Source: a virus
IMG/VR virus record: IMGVR_UViG_3300027852_000010
Reading direction: 5' to 3' (one strand)
DNA length: 45,252 nucleotides
Below the pieces are notes generated by a model. That model saw nothing but the letters and a program-made list of their open reading frames with translations. It was not told the DNA's origin and did no database searches. Both the position numbers and the translations under genes were made by a program. How positions within the stretch are numbered: position 1 is the first letter of the stretch; each line of letters opens with the position of its first letter. Of the stretch, positions 17,866 through 25,022 are shown in pieces.

Positions 17866-18114
17866 TTAATCAACAGTTCTGGTATCATTTTCTAAATCAC
17901 AATGAATAAGGAAGTCTATAATTCCTTTTAACTTCCTTGGTTTAAGTTTCGGGTTATTTCTTAATTTTTCTTCTTCTCTCCATGAGATATGATCAATATT
18001 TGCCTCAATTCTACGAATCTTCAGACCTGAGTCAGCTTCAAATTTAACGAGTGTTTTTAAGATATCTACTTCAATTTTGTTCTTAGCTTCTTTAATTTCT
18101 GCGATTGTTTTCAT
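17866..18114 (-). CDS. Hypothetical protein (82 aa)
   Basis: SD TAAGGAGAATATAGT is present. Confidence 0.7.
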   Translation of the reverse strand: MKTIAEIKEAKNKIEVDILKTLVKFEADSGLKIRRIEANIDHISWREEEKLRNNPKLKPRKLKGIIDFLIHCDLENDTRTVD

Positions 18115-18141
18115 ACTATATTCTCCTTATTAGTTAAAAGT

Positions 18142-19020
18142 TTATAAGATTCCTTTATACTCTGTCTCTGTTTCTACTGCATTTACTATCTCTTTAGCTA
18201 TCCCGAATCTGGGAGTTTGGTTACTTGTAAGATTTTGATAGGAAATTAGAAGAAACTTACCGATTACTGATTTTCTATTCTCCCAAATAATTTTTCGATC
18301 AGAGTGATTAAATTCTCCTGCTGATACTTTAAACTTAGTTATATCAAAACCTTGGCAGACAAAAGATCCTACCATCCCAGTATGTTCTCCAGAACCTTCA
18401 ATTATATCTATGATTTTATAAATATCAGTTTTCTTTGGCTTAAACTTTAATATAAAACGGGATCGTTTACGAACATATGGAGATTTAATATATCTAATAA
18501 TAATCCCTTCATAACCCTGTTCAAGAAAATAATTATACTGCTGCATTATTTCCTGTAAGGAATGGCAAGGTATACTTGGGACTAACTTAAGATGATTAAA
18601 AGAATATTTTTTAAAAAGATTTAACAGTTCTATTAATCGTTTAATCTGAGGTTTATCAGAAACAATATCAAATATATGGTAAGATATCTTATCTGAATCC
18701 TCATGGAAATTCTTAGTTCTACTTACGATACTATTAATTTTATCAAAGTCCCAGCCATGACTGTAGAGTTCTCCATCAAGTTCTATAATATTTCTAATGA
18801 TGCTTAGTTCTTTTTGAATGTGAGACATTGAGAGAATTATACGTTCAGTTGAGCTTAGAAGAAATGGTTCAATAGAAGTTCCTGGATTACATAAAGCTCT
18901 CATACGTTCTCCGTCAAGTTTTGGCTGAACTATTACTGGCCAGGACCAACCAAACTTAGGATTAAGAAGTCTACGTTCTTCAAAAGGATAGCAAAGTTGT
19001 ATTCCTGTTCTCTCTCTCAT
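18142..19020 (-). CDS. ATP-dependent DNA ligase (minimal, 292 aa)
   Basis: Motifs read: motif I VQPKLDGERM (KxDG), motif IV EGIIIR and motif V ILKFKPKK. ATGA overlap with the upstream gene. Confidence 0.85.
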   Translation of the reverse strand: MRERTGIQLCYPFEERRLLNPKFGWSWPVIVQPKLDGERMRALCNPGTSIEPFLLSSTERIILSMSHIQKELSIIRNIIELDGELYSHGWDFDKINSIVSRTKNFHEDSDKISYHIFDIVSDKPQIKRLIELLNLFKKYSFNHLKLVPSIPCHSLQEIMQQYNYFLEQGYEGIIIRYIKSPYVRKRSRFILKFKPKKTDIYKIIDIIEGSGEHTGMVGSFVCQGFDITKFKVSAGEFNHSDRKIIWENRKSVIGKFLLISYQNLTSNQTPRFGIAKEIVNAVETETEYKGIL

Positions 19021-19328
19021 ATTAGATCTTTCATGGCGAGTATATTAAGTGCCTTCTTATATTCTGAAGGACTTTGACAGATAGGTATGAGAGCTATCTC
19101 AATTGGAAGATAATCTGTATCAGGTAAGATGTAAAATTTTGATCTATGCTTTTTTAACCTGGTATGAGCAGCTTCTTCTTTGTGCTCAACAGCTTCCATG
19201 CTATTAATTGTCTTTAAGGCTCTTTTTTTATCAAAGACAAAAGGGCTTCTGAAATATTCAGTTGTTCTAAATGATTTCCAGTATATTCGATATTTTAGTT
19301 CCTGTTCCTGTTCCTGTTCCTGTTCCAT
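19017..19328 (-). CDS. Hypothetical protein (103 aa) with an N-terminal (EQ)4 repeat
   Basis: The ORF lies downstream of motif M5 and a leader hairpin. The SD is weak. Confidence 0.65.
   Translation of the reverse strand: MEQEQEQEQELKYRIYWKSFRTTEYFRSPFVFDKKRALKTINSMEAVEHKEEAAHTRLKKHRSKFYILPDTDYLPIEIALIPICQSPSEYKKALNILAMKDLI
19298..19326. repeat. (GTTCCT)4.8 microsatellite encoding EQEQEQEQE
   Basis: Read directly. Confidence 0.95.
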
Positions 19329-19341
19329 ATTATGCCTTATA

Positions 19342-19369
19342 ACAGGAAGACCCGTTAAGATCTTCCTGT
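19342..19369 (-). other. Perfect 9-bp stem hairpin (acaggaaga / tcttcctgt, 10-nt loop) between motif M5 and ATG 19328
   Basis: Read directly. There is no U-tract on either strand, so it is not a canonical intrinsic terminator. Confidence 0.6.
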
Positions 19370-19402
19370 AAACGAATTGAGGGTTAATAGTTATATAACA
19401 TA

Positions 19403-19426
19403 CCTTTGTTTAAAAATTAAACACAG
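19403..19426 (-). promoter_or_regulatory. Phage motif copy M5, diverged (CTGTGTTTAATTTTTAAACAAAGG)
   Basis: Read directly. Confidence 0.6.
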
Positions 19427-19429
19427 AAA

Positions 19430-19861
19430 TCAGCTTCCTTTTGCCTCCATAAGTTTTTCTATCATTGCATCCTGCTCTTCATCAGACAGTTCTTTGAAAT
19501 AGTTTTCAGTGGCTTTGTTCATATCTACAGGCAGACGTTCCATAGCAACTCCAGGATGGAATTTCTCAGCAAGTTCCAGAGGATCTCGGGAAGCTTCCAG
19601 ATAGCTTCTCATAACACTTTGAAGTTTGATCTTCATCTGAGCCTTGGCAAAACCGTATACCAATTCTTCCCCGAACTTATCAACCATATCTGCCATATCA
19701 GCACCGAAGTTATAATAAATTCTCGCTGACTTTTTGTTCTTTTTTGCGTCAACAGCAATGTATCCAGTGTTATCAGGATCTGGATTCGGCATATCACAGA
19801 TCTGCTCAATTTCAATTACTACGGTTTCTGCGGCTTCTGCGGCTTCTACATTTTCAGTCAT
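19430..19861 (-). CDS. Hypothetical acidic protein (143 aa) with its own sigma70-type promoter
   Basis: SD TAAGGAGTAAATT is present and promoter P4 lies 60 nt upstream. The sequence is rich in D and E. Confidence 0.8.
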   Translation of the reverse strand: MTENVEAAEAAETVVIEIEQICDMPNPDPDNTGYIAVDAKKNKKSARIYYNFGADMADMVDKFGEELVYGFAKAQMKIKLQSVMRSYLEASRDPLELAEKFHPGVAMERLPVDMNKATENYFKELSDEEQDAMIEKLMEAKGS

Positions 19862-19927
19862 AATTTACTCCTTATAAGAATTAAGATTAAAAAATTTAGT
19901 GACCAATTCACTCATTCAATTGGAACC

Positions 19928-19956
19928 ATTTTACACCATCTATAAACAGGTGTCAA
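19928..19956 (-). promoter_or_regulatory. Sigma70-type promoter P4: TTGACA-17 nt-TAAAAT
   Basis: The reverse complement of 19928-19956 reads TTGACAcctgtttatagatggtgTAAAAT. Confidence 0.7.
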
Positions 19957-19992
19957 TATCTATCGAGTAGTATAAAATCATAATGAAATTTA

Positions 19993-20286
19993 TTAGAATG
20001 AAACCTTTCCAAATTTCTGAGTCACTCTAGAATTTCTTATATTTATAAGTTCATCTAATATATGTTGTTGAGATTTATCAAAAGTTTTATTTACATAAAC
20101 TCTTTCAGTATAGTTTTTCTGATACTTCTTAGATTTTTCAGGAATTATCTTAACTTTTTTAGCTTTGATATAGAGATTTAATGCAAGTTTACGTTGTTCT
20201 GCTGCAAGGATATTTCTTTGATCTTTAGATAGTTTTGAGTTTTGAAGCTTATAAACTATTCTATCATGACGTTCTTGAGTATTCAT
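19993..20286 (-). CDS. Hypothetical basic protein (97 aa)
   Basis: SD GAGAGG is present. The ORF directly abuts the upstream stop codon. Confidence 0.7.
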   Translation of the reverse strand: MNTQERHDRIVYKLQNSKLSKDQRNILAAEQRKLALNLYIKAKKVKIIPEKSKKYQKNYTERVYVNKTFDKSQQHILDELINIRNSRVTQKFGKVSF

Positions 20287-20775
20287 TTAAGACCTCTCTT
20301 TTTTATGAAATCGTTTCCAGCATTCTTTCATATTATGATGATTTTTACACTTACTTATATCTGCAATCCAGTCACCGTTAAGATGATTGCAGGTATCTAC
20401 GAATCCTGGAATCTTATAGCAACGATCTTGATCTGTTCTTAATGGACATGCAAGTCTTTCAATAAAAGATGGACGTTTTCCTGCAAGAAATTCTTCATAA
20501 CTAACTCCCTCTTTATCCATATCAATCTCACCTACACCAGAAAGGATAATCTTACCGAGACCTATCTTATAACCAGTTCCTTTTTGATAGACTCTTTTAA
20601 TATCATTTATTTTCTTTATTCCTGTAAAATCTTTATATGAGTAAGAATATTCATAAGATCCAGATCCATTACATTGACTACATATAACAGCTACTCCCGC
20701 TCCTTCTGCAAAATCTGAATATAATCCAGTTCCTCTACAAGCTGGACATTCTATTAATTTTTTTATATGTTTCAT
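20287..20775 (-). CDS. DnaJ-type CxxCxGxG zinc-finger protein (162 aa)
   Basis: CPACRGTG and CSQCNGSG repeats plus a C-terminal Cys/His-rich tail. Confidence 0.7.
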   Translation of the reverse strand: MKHIKKLIECPACRGTGLYSDFAEGAGVAVICSQCNGSGSYEYSYSYKDFTGIKKINDIKRVYQKGTGYKIGLGKIILSGVGEIDMDKEGVSYEEFLAGKRPSFIERLACPLRTDQDRCYKIPGFVDTCNHLNGDWIADISKCKNHHNMKECWKRFHKKERS

Positions 20776-20776
20776 A

Positions 20777-21112
20777 TTAAATTCCTTTTTGTAGTTCTTT
20801 CTTTATATCTTCAATAGTTTGATCGACAGATATTTGATTAGATTCAATTGTCTGATGTTTAACTTTTCTTGCAGCATCTTTCCACTTTTGCTTAGAAAGT
20901 GATCTAGAATGAAAGAATGTCATGGCTTCTTCTATAGTCTGGAAAGATTCTATATCTGAATTCTTTACAATCTCTGACAGAAACTTAACAGCTTGTCTAA
21001 CCAGCCCACTTCGAGTTTCTGCCAGAGGAATGTTTTGAGATTCAAAAAATAATCCTATATTTGCGAGATCTATCTTACTACAACTGACAGATACTGATAA
21101 GTTCCGCTTCAC
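20777..21112 (-). CDS. Hypothetical protein (111 aa, GTG start)
   Basis: Motif M6 supplies AAAGGA 9 nt before the GTG. Confidence 0.65.
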   Translation of the reverse strand: MKRNLSVSVSCSKIDLANIGLFFESQNIPLAETRSGLVRQAVKFLSEIVKNSDIESFQTIEEAMTFFHSRSLSKQKWKDAARKVKHQTIESNQISVDQTIEDIKKELQKGI

Positions 21113-21121
21113 TTTAATTAT

Positions 21122-21145
21122 CCTTTGTTTAAATTTTGAATATAG
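21122..21145 (-). promoter_or_regulatory. Phage motif copy M6 (CTATATTCAAAATTTAAACAAAGG)
   Basis: Read directly. Confidence 0.8.
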
Positions 21146-21157
21146 GTTGATGTTTGA

Positions 21158-21230
21158 GAGCCGGTTCGCACCTTCAGAAATCCTGGCATTTGAAGTATTA
21201 TAGTGCGTATATTTAACGGCCAGTCGGCTC
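21158..21230. other. GC-rich nested-helix element in an intergenic gap (candidate structured RNA/DNA)
   Basis: Three nested pairings: gagccg/cggctc, cgcac/gtgcg and cttc..aaat/attt..gaag, around the loop cctggc. Confidence 0.35.
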
Positions 21231-21242
21231 GGTTTAGTTATG

Positions 21243-21647
21243 TTATTTATTTAGTTTCTGAAGTTGCTTTAGCTTTTTCTTAAGATCTGCCAAGCTCTGA
21301 TTTGACATAGATTCATCTTCTTTCTGCATGATAACATGTTGAATCTTTTGAATTTGAGTATTAGTCATGGCGATATCTTTTGCCTGTTTAGCTTCATTTA
21401 ACTTAACCTTAATAATATATTTTACAATCTCAAATTTTAGTTCCAGAATTGAACTTTTAGAACTCCTTTCTGTCACAAAGCTTTCTTCTTCCTCTAACTT
21501 TATATTCTTATTTAGAATCTTTGCCAGATCATCTAATGAGAAATTTTTAAAAGAGGCGGTTAAAGGAACATCCCAAAGATCTTCTACTGTTAAACTACCT
21601 TTGACAGATGCAAATCTTAATTTCATTCTACTTGCTTTTTCAAACAT
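21243..21647 (-). CDS. Hypothetical protein (134 aa from the second ATG)
   Basis: GGAGGAAAGTATT precedes ATG 21647 (MFEKASRMKLRF...), so the track start at 21662 is likely an upstream extension. Confidence 0.75.
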   Translation of the reverse strand: MFEKASRMKLRFASVKGSLTVEDLWDVPLTASFKNFSLDDLAKILNKNIKLEEEESFVTERSSKSSILELKFEIVKYIIKVKLNEAKQAKDIAMTNTQIQKIQHVIMQKEDESMSNQSLADLKKKLKQLQKLNK

Positions 21648-21664
21648 AATACTTTCCTCCATTG

Positions 21665-23677
21665 TTAGAAATTGATTTTAATAGTTCTTGAAAAATCTCC
21701 CCTGACTACACATAATATAGAGTTTTTTTGCGTAGAAGAGAATCCAAGCCCACTAAGTTGTTTAGAACTTTCTTTTACCGACATCTTAGATCCTAAGACT
21801 TCAAATACTTTTCTATGTTCCAGAAGATCTTCTTTTAAAAACTCATTGAAGAATCCTCTTACTTGCTTATCTGTCTTACATTTATTTAAGATAAAGAAAT
21901 AGTGTTTGTTTCCTGTGGCTTCTCCCCAATGATTAGGTGAGTTCATAATCATATTTACTTTATGAAAACTTCCTGTTGGTATATTCCAGATATCTTTATC
22001 TTTAGAAATACTCGGTAAAGTTGATAAAAATCTTATTCCATTCTTTCTAGTAAACTCAAAGTTAGCCACTTTAACTTTTTCTTTAACCTTTCTGTTATAG
22101 TTAAAAAAAGTTGACTTTCCCTCATAAGATAGCTCAATCTCAAATCCTGTATCTATATGCTCTCTTAACGTATAGTTAACTACAAAAATCTCATAAATTC
22201 CTTCAATCATTCTATTCTTATCTGTCCAAGCAATATTTTCTACTGCATTTCTAGAAGTTTTAGGGCCGTTAGGAGTTACATTCATATCTACATCAAGATA
22301 ACCAGTTGTTTTAGTATTTTTCCTGTTATCAAAGAATATATGATGACCTCCTTCTGGTTCTTTGATATGAAGATCAAGATCATCATAATTATACCATGCT
22401 AATGAACATCTGAGAATTGCATCTACATTCCCTCCAGCTTTCTTAACCTTTGCTTTAATAGAATCTGTTACATCTCCATTATAAGTCCATGAGAAGTTAT
22501 TATTCCATTTAAAGATATTTGAGGTATTAGGAGTTTCTGAAGTGATGAGACTCATAAGATTCTTTTCATGACGATTCTCAAAGAAGATTTTAATTTCTTC
22601 TGCTTTTGGCAGGATATCTTTAATGAAAGTTTGAATACTTACATTCTCTACATTATTTAGATTCTTAAACTTTTCAGGAGTATCTTCTACTAACTGATCA
22701 AAGATATTTTCTGATTGATAGGAAGGATTATTTGTAAAGAGAATATTATTTACTGAAATATCTGACTGAACTGCGAATCTTCGATGAAGTGCTGATTCAA
22801 TCCCAAGTTTTTTGATCTGCTTCTCTGCTTTTCGTACCATATCTTTAGTAATAATGGCGGAGGAGCGCTTATAATTAGTAGGAGCTACTTTAGATTCAAA
22901 CATCTGAACAGCATTATCTAAACTTACCCCTGTTGAGATATCTGATATGAGAGTTCCTATGACAGTATTTCTAAACTTAGCAATACTTTTTAATTTCTTA
23001 GAAACTTGCCAACAATAGTTATCCTTATCAGAAATTTCTATTAAGTCATATTCATTCTTACACTTAAGAAATAACTCAACTACTTTCTTATGCTCTGCTC
23101 CTCGATATATTGAGTTTTGATTTATAAGATCCAGAGCGGTATTAATAGCTTCTGTTGAGAATTCTTTTAGACTTCTTTCAAATACATTCTTATTACTAAT
23201 ATCATTTGAGATCTGAGTGCCGATAGAATTACTTTGCAGTACAAATCTTTTAGGTAGTTTTAAAAAGAAGTGATCCCAATAAATATGCTTACCATCTTCT
23301 AAGAACTGTATATCATTATCAGCTCCCAGCTGGTCTTCAAAATGATAGAATGGTGAGATAATCTTTGCTGACTTAACTAATTTTGCAAGAGCATTTGCAA
23401 CTGGTTGATATCTTCCACCAACATCTATATCCCAGATACTGATCAGCTTATTATCTCTAATTCCTACCATATTACCACAAGTTCTGATAAATGATTTGCA
23501 ACACTCACAGTCATGCTCAGTACGAGTTTTATATATCTCATTCGTACCGGGCAGAAAACTTCCGAGATATGTATCCCAGAGATTTTCCTTACTCACATCT
23601 GTCATAAACAGTGCATAAGTTTTCATACTTTCAAACTGTTCATCTACCTTCATCTTAAATTCGCTAAAGTTCTGCAT
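21665..23677 (-). CDS. Large hypothetical protein (670 aa) with an N-terminal HDCECC cluster and a TerD-like C-terminal segment
   Basis: Motif M7 supplies AAAGGGGGA before the ATG. The segment DDLDLHIKEPEGGHHIFFDN...GYLDVDMN resembles a TerD-type beta-sandwich signature, but the resemblance is weak. Confidence 0.8.
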   Translation of the reverse strand: MQNFSEFKMKVDEQFESMKTYALFMTDVSKENLWDTYLGSFLPGTNEIYKTRTEHDCECCKSFIRTCGNMVGIRDNKLISIWDIDVGGRYQPVANALAKLVKSAKIISPFYHFEDQLGADNDIQFLEDGKHIYWDHFFLKLPKRFVLQSNSIGTQISNDISNKNVFERSLKEFSTEAINTALDLINQNSIYRGAEHKKVVELFLKCKNEYDLIEISDKDNYCWQVSKKLKSIAKFRNTVIGTLISDISTGVSLDNAVQMFESKVAPTNYKRSSAIITKDMVRKAEKQIKKLGIESALHRRFAVQSDISVNNILFTNNPSYQSENIFDQLVEDTPEKFKNLNNVENVSIQTFIKDILPKAEEIKIFFENRHEKNLMSLITSETPNTSNIFKWNNNFSWTYNGDVTDSIKAKVKKAGGNVDAILRCSLAWYNYDDLDLHIKEPEGGHHIFFDNRKNTKTTGYLDVDMNVTPNGPKTSRNAVENIAWTDKNRMIEGIYEIFVVNYTLREHIDTGFEIELSYEGKSTFFNYNRKVKEKVKVANFEFTRKNGIRFLSTLPSISKDKDIWNIPTGSFHKVNMIMNSPNHWGEATGNKHYFFILNKCKTDKQVRGFFNEFLKEDLLEHRKVFEVLGSKMSVKESSKQLSGLGFSSTQKNSILCVVRGDFSRTIKINF

Positions 23678-23685
23678 AAATTCCC

Positions 23686-23709
23686 CCTTTGTTTAAAATT
23701 TGAATGTAG
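23686..23709 (-). promoter_or_regulatory. Phage motif copy M7 (CTACATTCAAATTTTAAACAAAGG)
   Basis: Read directly. It begins 1 nt after the fic stop. Confidence 0.8.
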
Positions 23710-24153
23710 TTATAAGTATCTACTGGCAGCTAAGGATTGATAATAGAATGCGTGCAGAAATCCTATACTATAATCTTTCCCAATCTTCTGCATATGCCAT
23801 GCCCAGATAGCTCTTCCACTTCTTCCATTTCCATCTGTAAATGGATGTAAAGATTCATATTTATTATAAAGTTCAAAAGAAGTTAAGTCTGTTTGGTTTA
23901 GAAGATTTTTAACCAATTCTGCCATATTAGGATTTCCATAAGGTGGGATATAATCTCCTACCCGAATATTCATTCCTATCTTATCTCGAAGAACTGCCCC
24001 TGGTTGATAGATATCTACGAATTGCTTTAGATCGTCTAATGTGATTATAGGTAGAGATACAAAACGTAAATGTTCTAAAATTTCTAAATGCTTAGGAGGT
24101 CTTATAATTCCATCAATCTCATTACTTTCCTTTATAAAAGCTTCTACTCTCAT
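23710..24153 (-). CDS. fic: Fic-domain protein (147 aa), putative AMP-transferase
   Basis: Canonical Fic motif HPFTDGNGRSGR. ATG 24153 is preceded by GGAGATTAT. The track's longer ORF to 24249 would read through motif M8 and a microsatellite. Confidence 0.85.
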   Translation of the reverse strand: MRVEAFIKESNEIDGIIRPPKHLEILEHLRFVSLPIITLDDLKQFVDIYQPGAVLRDKIGMNIRVGDYIPPYGNPNMAELVKNLLNQTDLTSFELYNKYESLHPFTDGNGRSGRAIWAWHMQKIGKDYSIGFLHAFYYQSLAASRYL

Positions 24154-24170
24154 ATAATCTCCATAAATGT

Positions 24171-24193
24171 CTTTGTTTAAAATTTGAATGTAG
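24171..24193 (-). promoter_or_regulatory. Phage motif copy M8 (CTACATTCAAATTTTAAACAAAG)
   Basis: Read directly. It lies 17 nt upstream of the fic ATG. Confidence 0.8.
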
Positions 24194-24215
24194 TTATGAT
24201 TATGATTATGATTAT
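24194..24215. repeat. (TTATGA)3.7 hexanucleotide microsatellite
   Basis: Read directly. Confidence 0.9.
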
Positions 24216-24361
24216 CTTCCCTGTCGTAGTTCAAGAGCAATCTGATCACGTTTAGATATCTTTTTCAAGAAATACTTGACATCTCCAATCATCCAGGTAT
24301 ATGATATGATTAGATAGCTGAAGACTGAAATAAGTATTAGGCTTTTTATAATTCTTCTCAT
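24212..24361 (-). CDS. Small membrane protein (49 aa, below the ORF-track cutoff)
   Basis: Hand translation gives MRRIIKSLILISVFSYLIISYTWMIGDVKYFLKKISKRDQIALELRQGR. ATGA overlap with the upstream small ORF. Confidence 0.55.
   Translation of the reverse strand: MRRIIKSLILISVFSYLIISYTWMIGDVKYFLKKISKRDQIALELRQGR
24276..24305 (+). promoter_or_regulatory. Sigma70-type promoter P5 (TTGACA-18 nt-TATGAT), antisense to the early operon
   Basis: Read directly: TTGACAtctccaatcatccaggtaTATGATatgatt. It shares the TATGATATGATT block with P3. Confidence 0.45.
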
Positions 24362-24510
24362 AATCCTTTCCTCTTGTTCATCTTAAAGGTTTTACTTCCA
24401 CATCTATGTGAGTAGTGATAACGATTGAGAGTTTTCCCAGTAGTACTTCTAACTTTCTGTGATAATAACCGTGATATAAACGCATATATTGATTTTTGAT
24501 TCTTACTCAT
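24358..24510 (-). CDS. Small basic protein (50 aa, below the ORF-track cutoff)
   Basis: Hand translation gives MSKNQKSIYAFISRLLSQKVRSTTGKTLNRYHYSHRCGSKTFKMNKRKGL. SD GGAGAGAAATAC is present. Confidence 0.55.
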   Translation of the reverse strand: MSKNQKSIYAFISRLLSQKVRSTTGKTLNRYHYSHRCGSKTFKMNKRKGL

Positions 24511-24566
24511 GTATTTCTCTCCTTTTTTATTAGTATAACTTATGATAATTAGGTTCTAATTTGAAG

Positions 24567-24583
24567 AATATCTCACAGATATT
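24567..24583. promoter_or_regulatory. 17-bp perfect palindrome AATATCTcacAGATATT in an intergenic gap
   Basis: Read directly. Confidence 0.5.
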
Positions 24584-24613
24584 ATCATCTGTAAGATATT
24601 CATTCATCTTATT

Positions 24614-24805
24614 CTATTTATTTCTCCTCTTATTAATAGGAAATGTGTACTTAACTAAACCAATTTCTAAGGCATCTTGTAATGATCCTTTAAAATTTAA
24701 AGCTAAGTCACTTAGTTCATCTTTAATTTCTCTTATCTTATATTTATATTCTCTACGATCTTCTAACAATGCTTTTATTATTTCTATATAGTCCGAGTTT
24801 TTCAT
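24614..24805 (-). CDS. Hypothetical early protein (63 aa)
   Basis: SD TAGGAGCTAAGGATT is present. Confidence 0.7.
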   Translation of the reverse strand: MKNSDYIEIIKALLEDRREYKYKIREIKDELSDLALNFKGSLQDALEIGLVKYTFPINKRRNK

Positions 24806-24821
24806 AATCCTTAGCTCCTAT

Positions 24822-25013
24822 TTATTCCATAGTAATTTTACCTGCTATAATCAAGCAGTGATCTACCCAGTCATTATAAGGTTCTACTTTAACAATTCTT
24901 AGCCACTTTTTATCATTGCTAAGTGGATCTTGAATATCCATAGATACCTCAATTTCAATCGTTGTGTTATCTGGCCAGTCTTGCAAGGCGGCTAATAACT
25001 CACTTTTAGTCAT
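24822..25013 (-). CDS. Early small protein, paralog B (63 aa)
   Basis: SD TAGGAGATAACT is present. The protein aligns along its full length with the product of 25023-25223. Confidence 0.75.
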   Translation of the reverse strand: MTKSELLAALQDWPDNTTIEIEVSMDIQDPLSNDKKWLRIVKVEPYNDWVDHCLIIAGKITME

Positions 25014-25022
25014 AGTTATCTC

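Noticed and set aside
21158-21230. tRNA gene (ggttcgcacc looked like a T-loop)
   Set aside because: No 7-bp acceptor stem, D-arm or anticodon-arm geometry can be drawn on either strand. No other GGTTCGAATCC-like site lies in a non-coding context.
23710-24249. Longer Fic ORF starting at 24249 (N-terminal NHNHNHN)
   Set aside because: The extension reads through the 24-nt motif copy and the TTATGA microsatellite. A good SD precedes the internal ATG at 24153.
24212-24510. The ATGA-coupled small ORF pair as a toxin-antitoxin or Fic-antitoxin system
   Set aside because: Neither peptide carries the (S/T)xxxE(G/N) inhibitory motif. Only gene order supports the idea.
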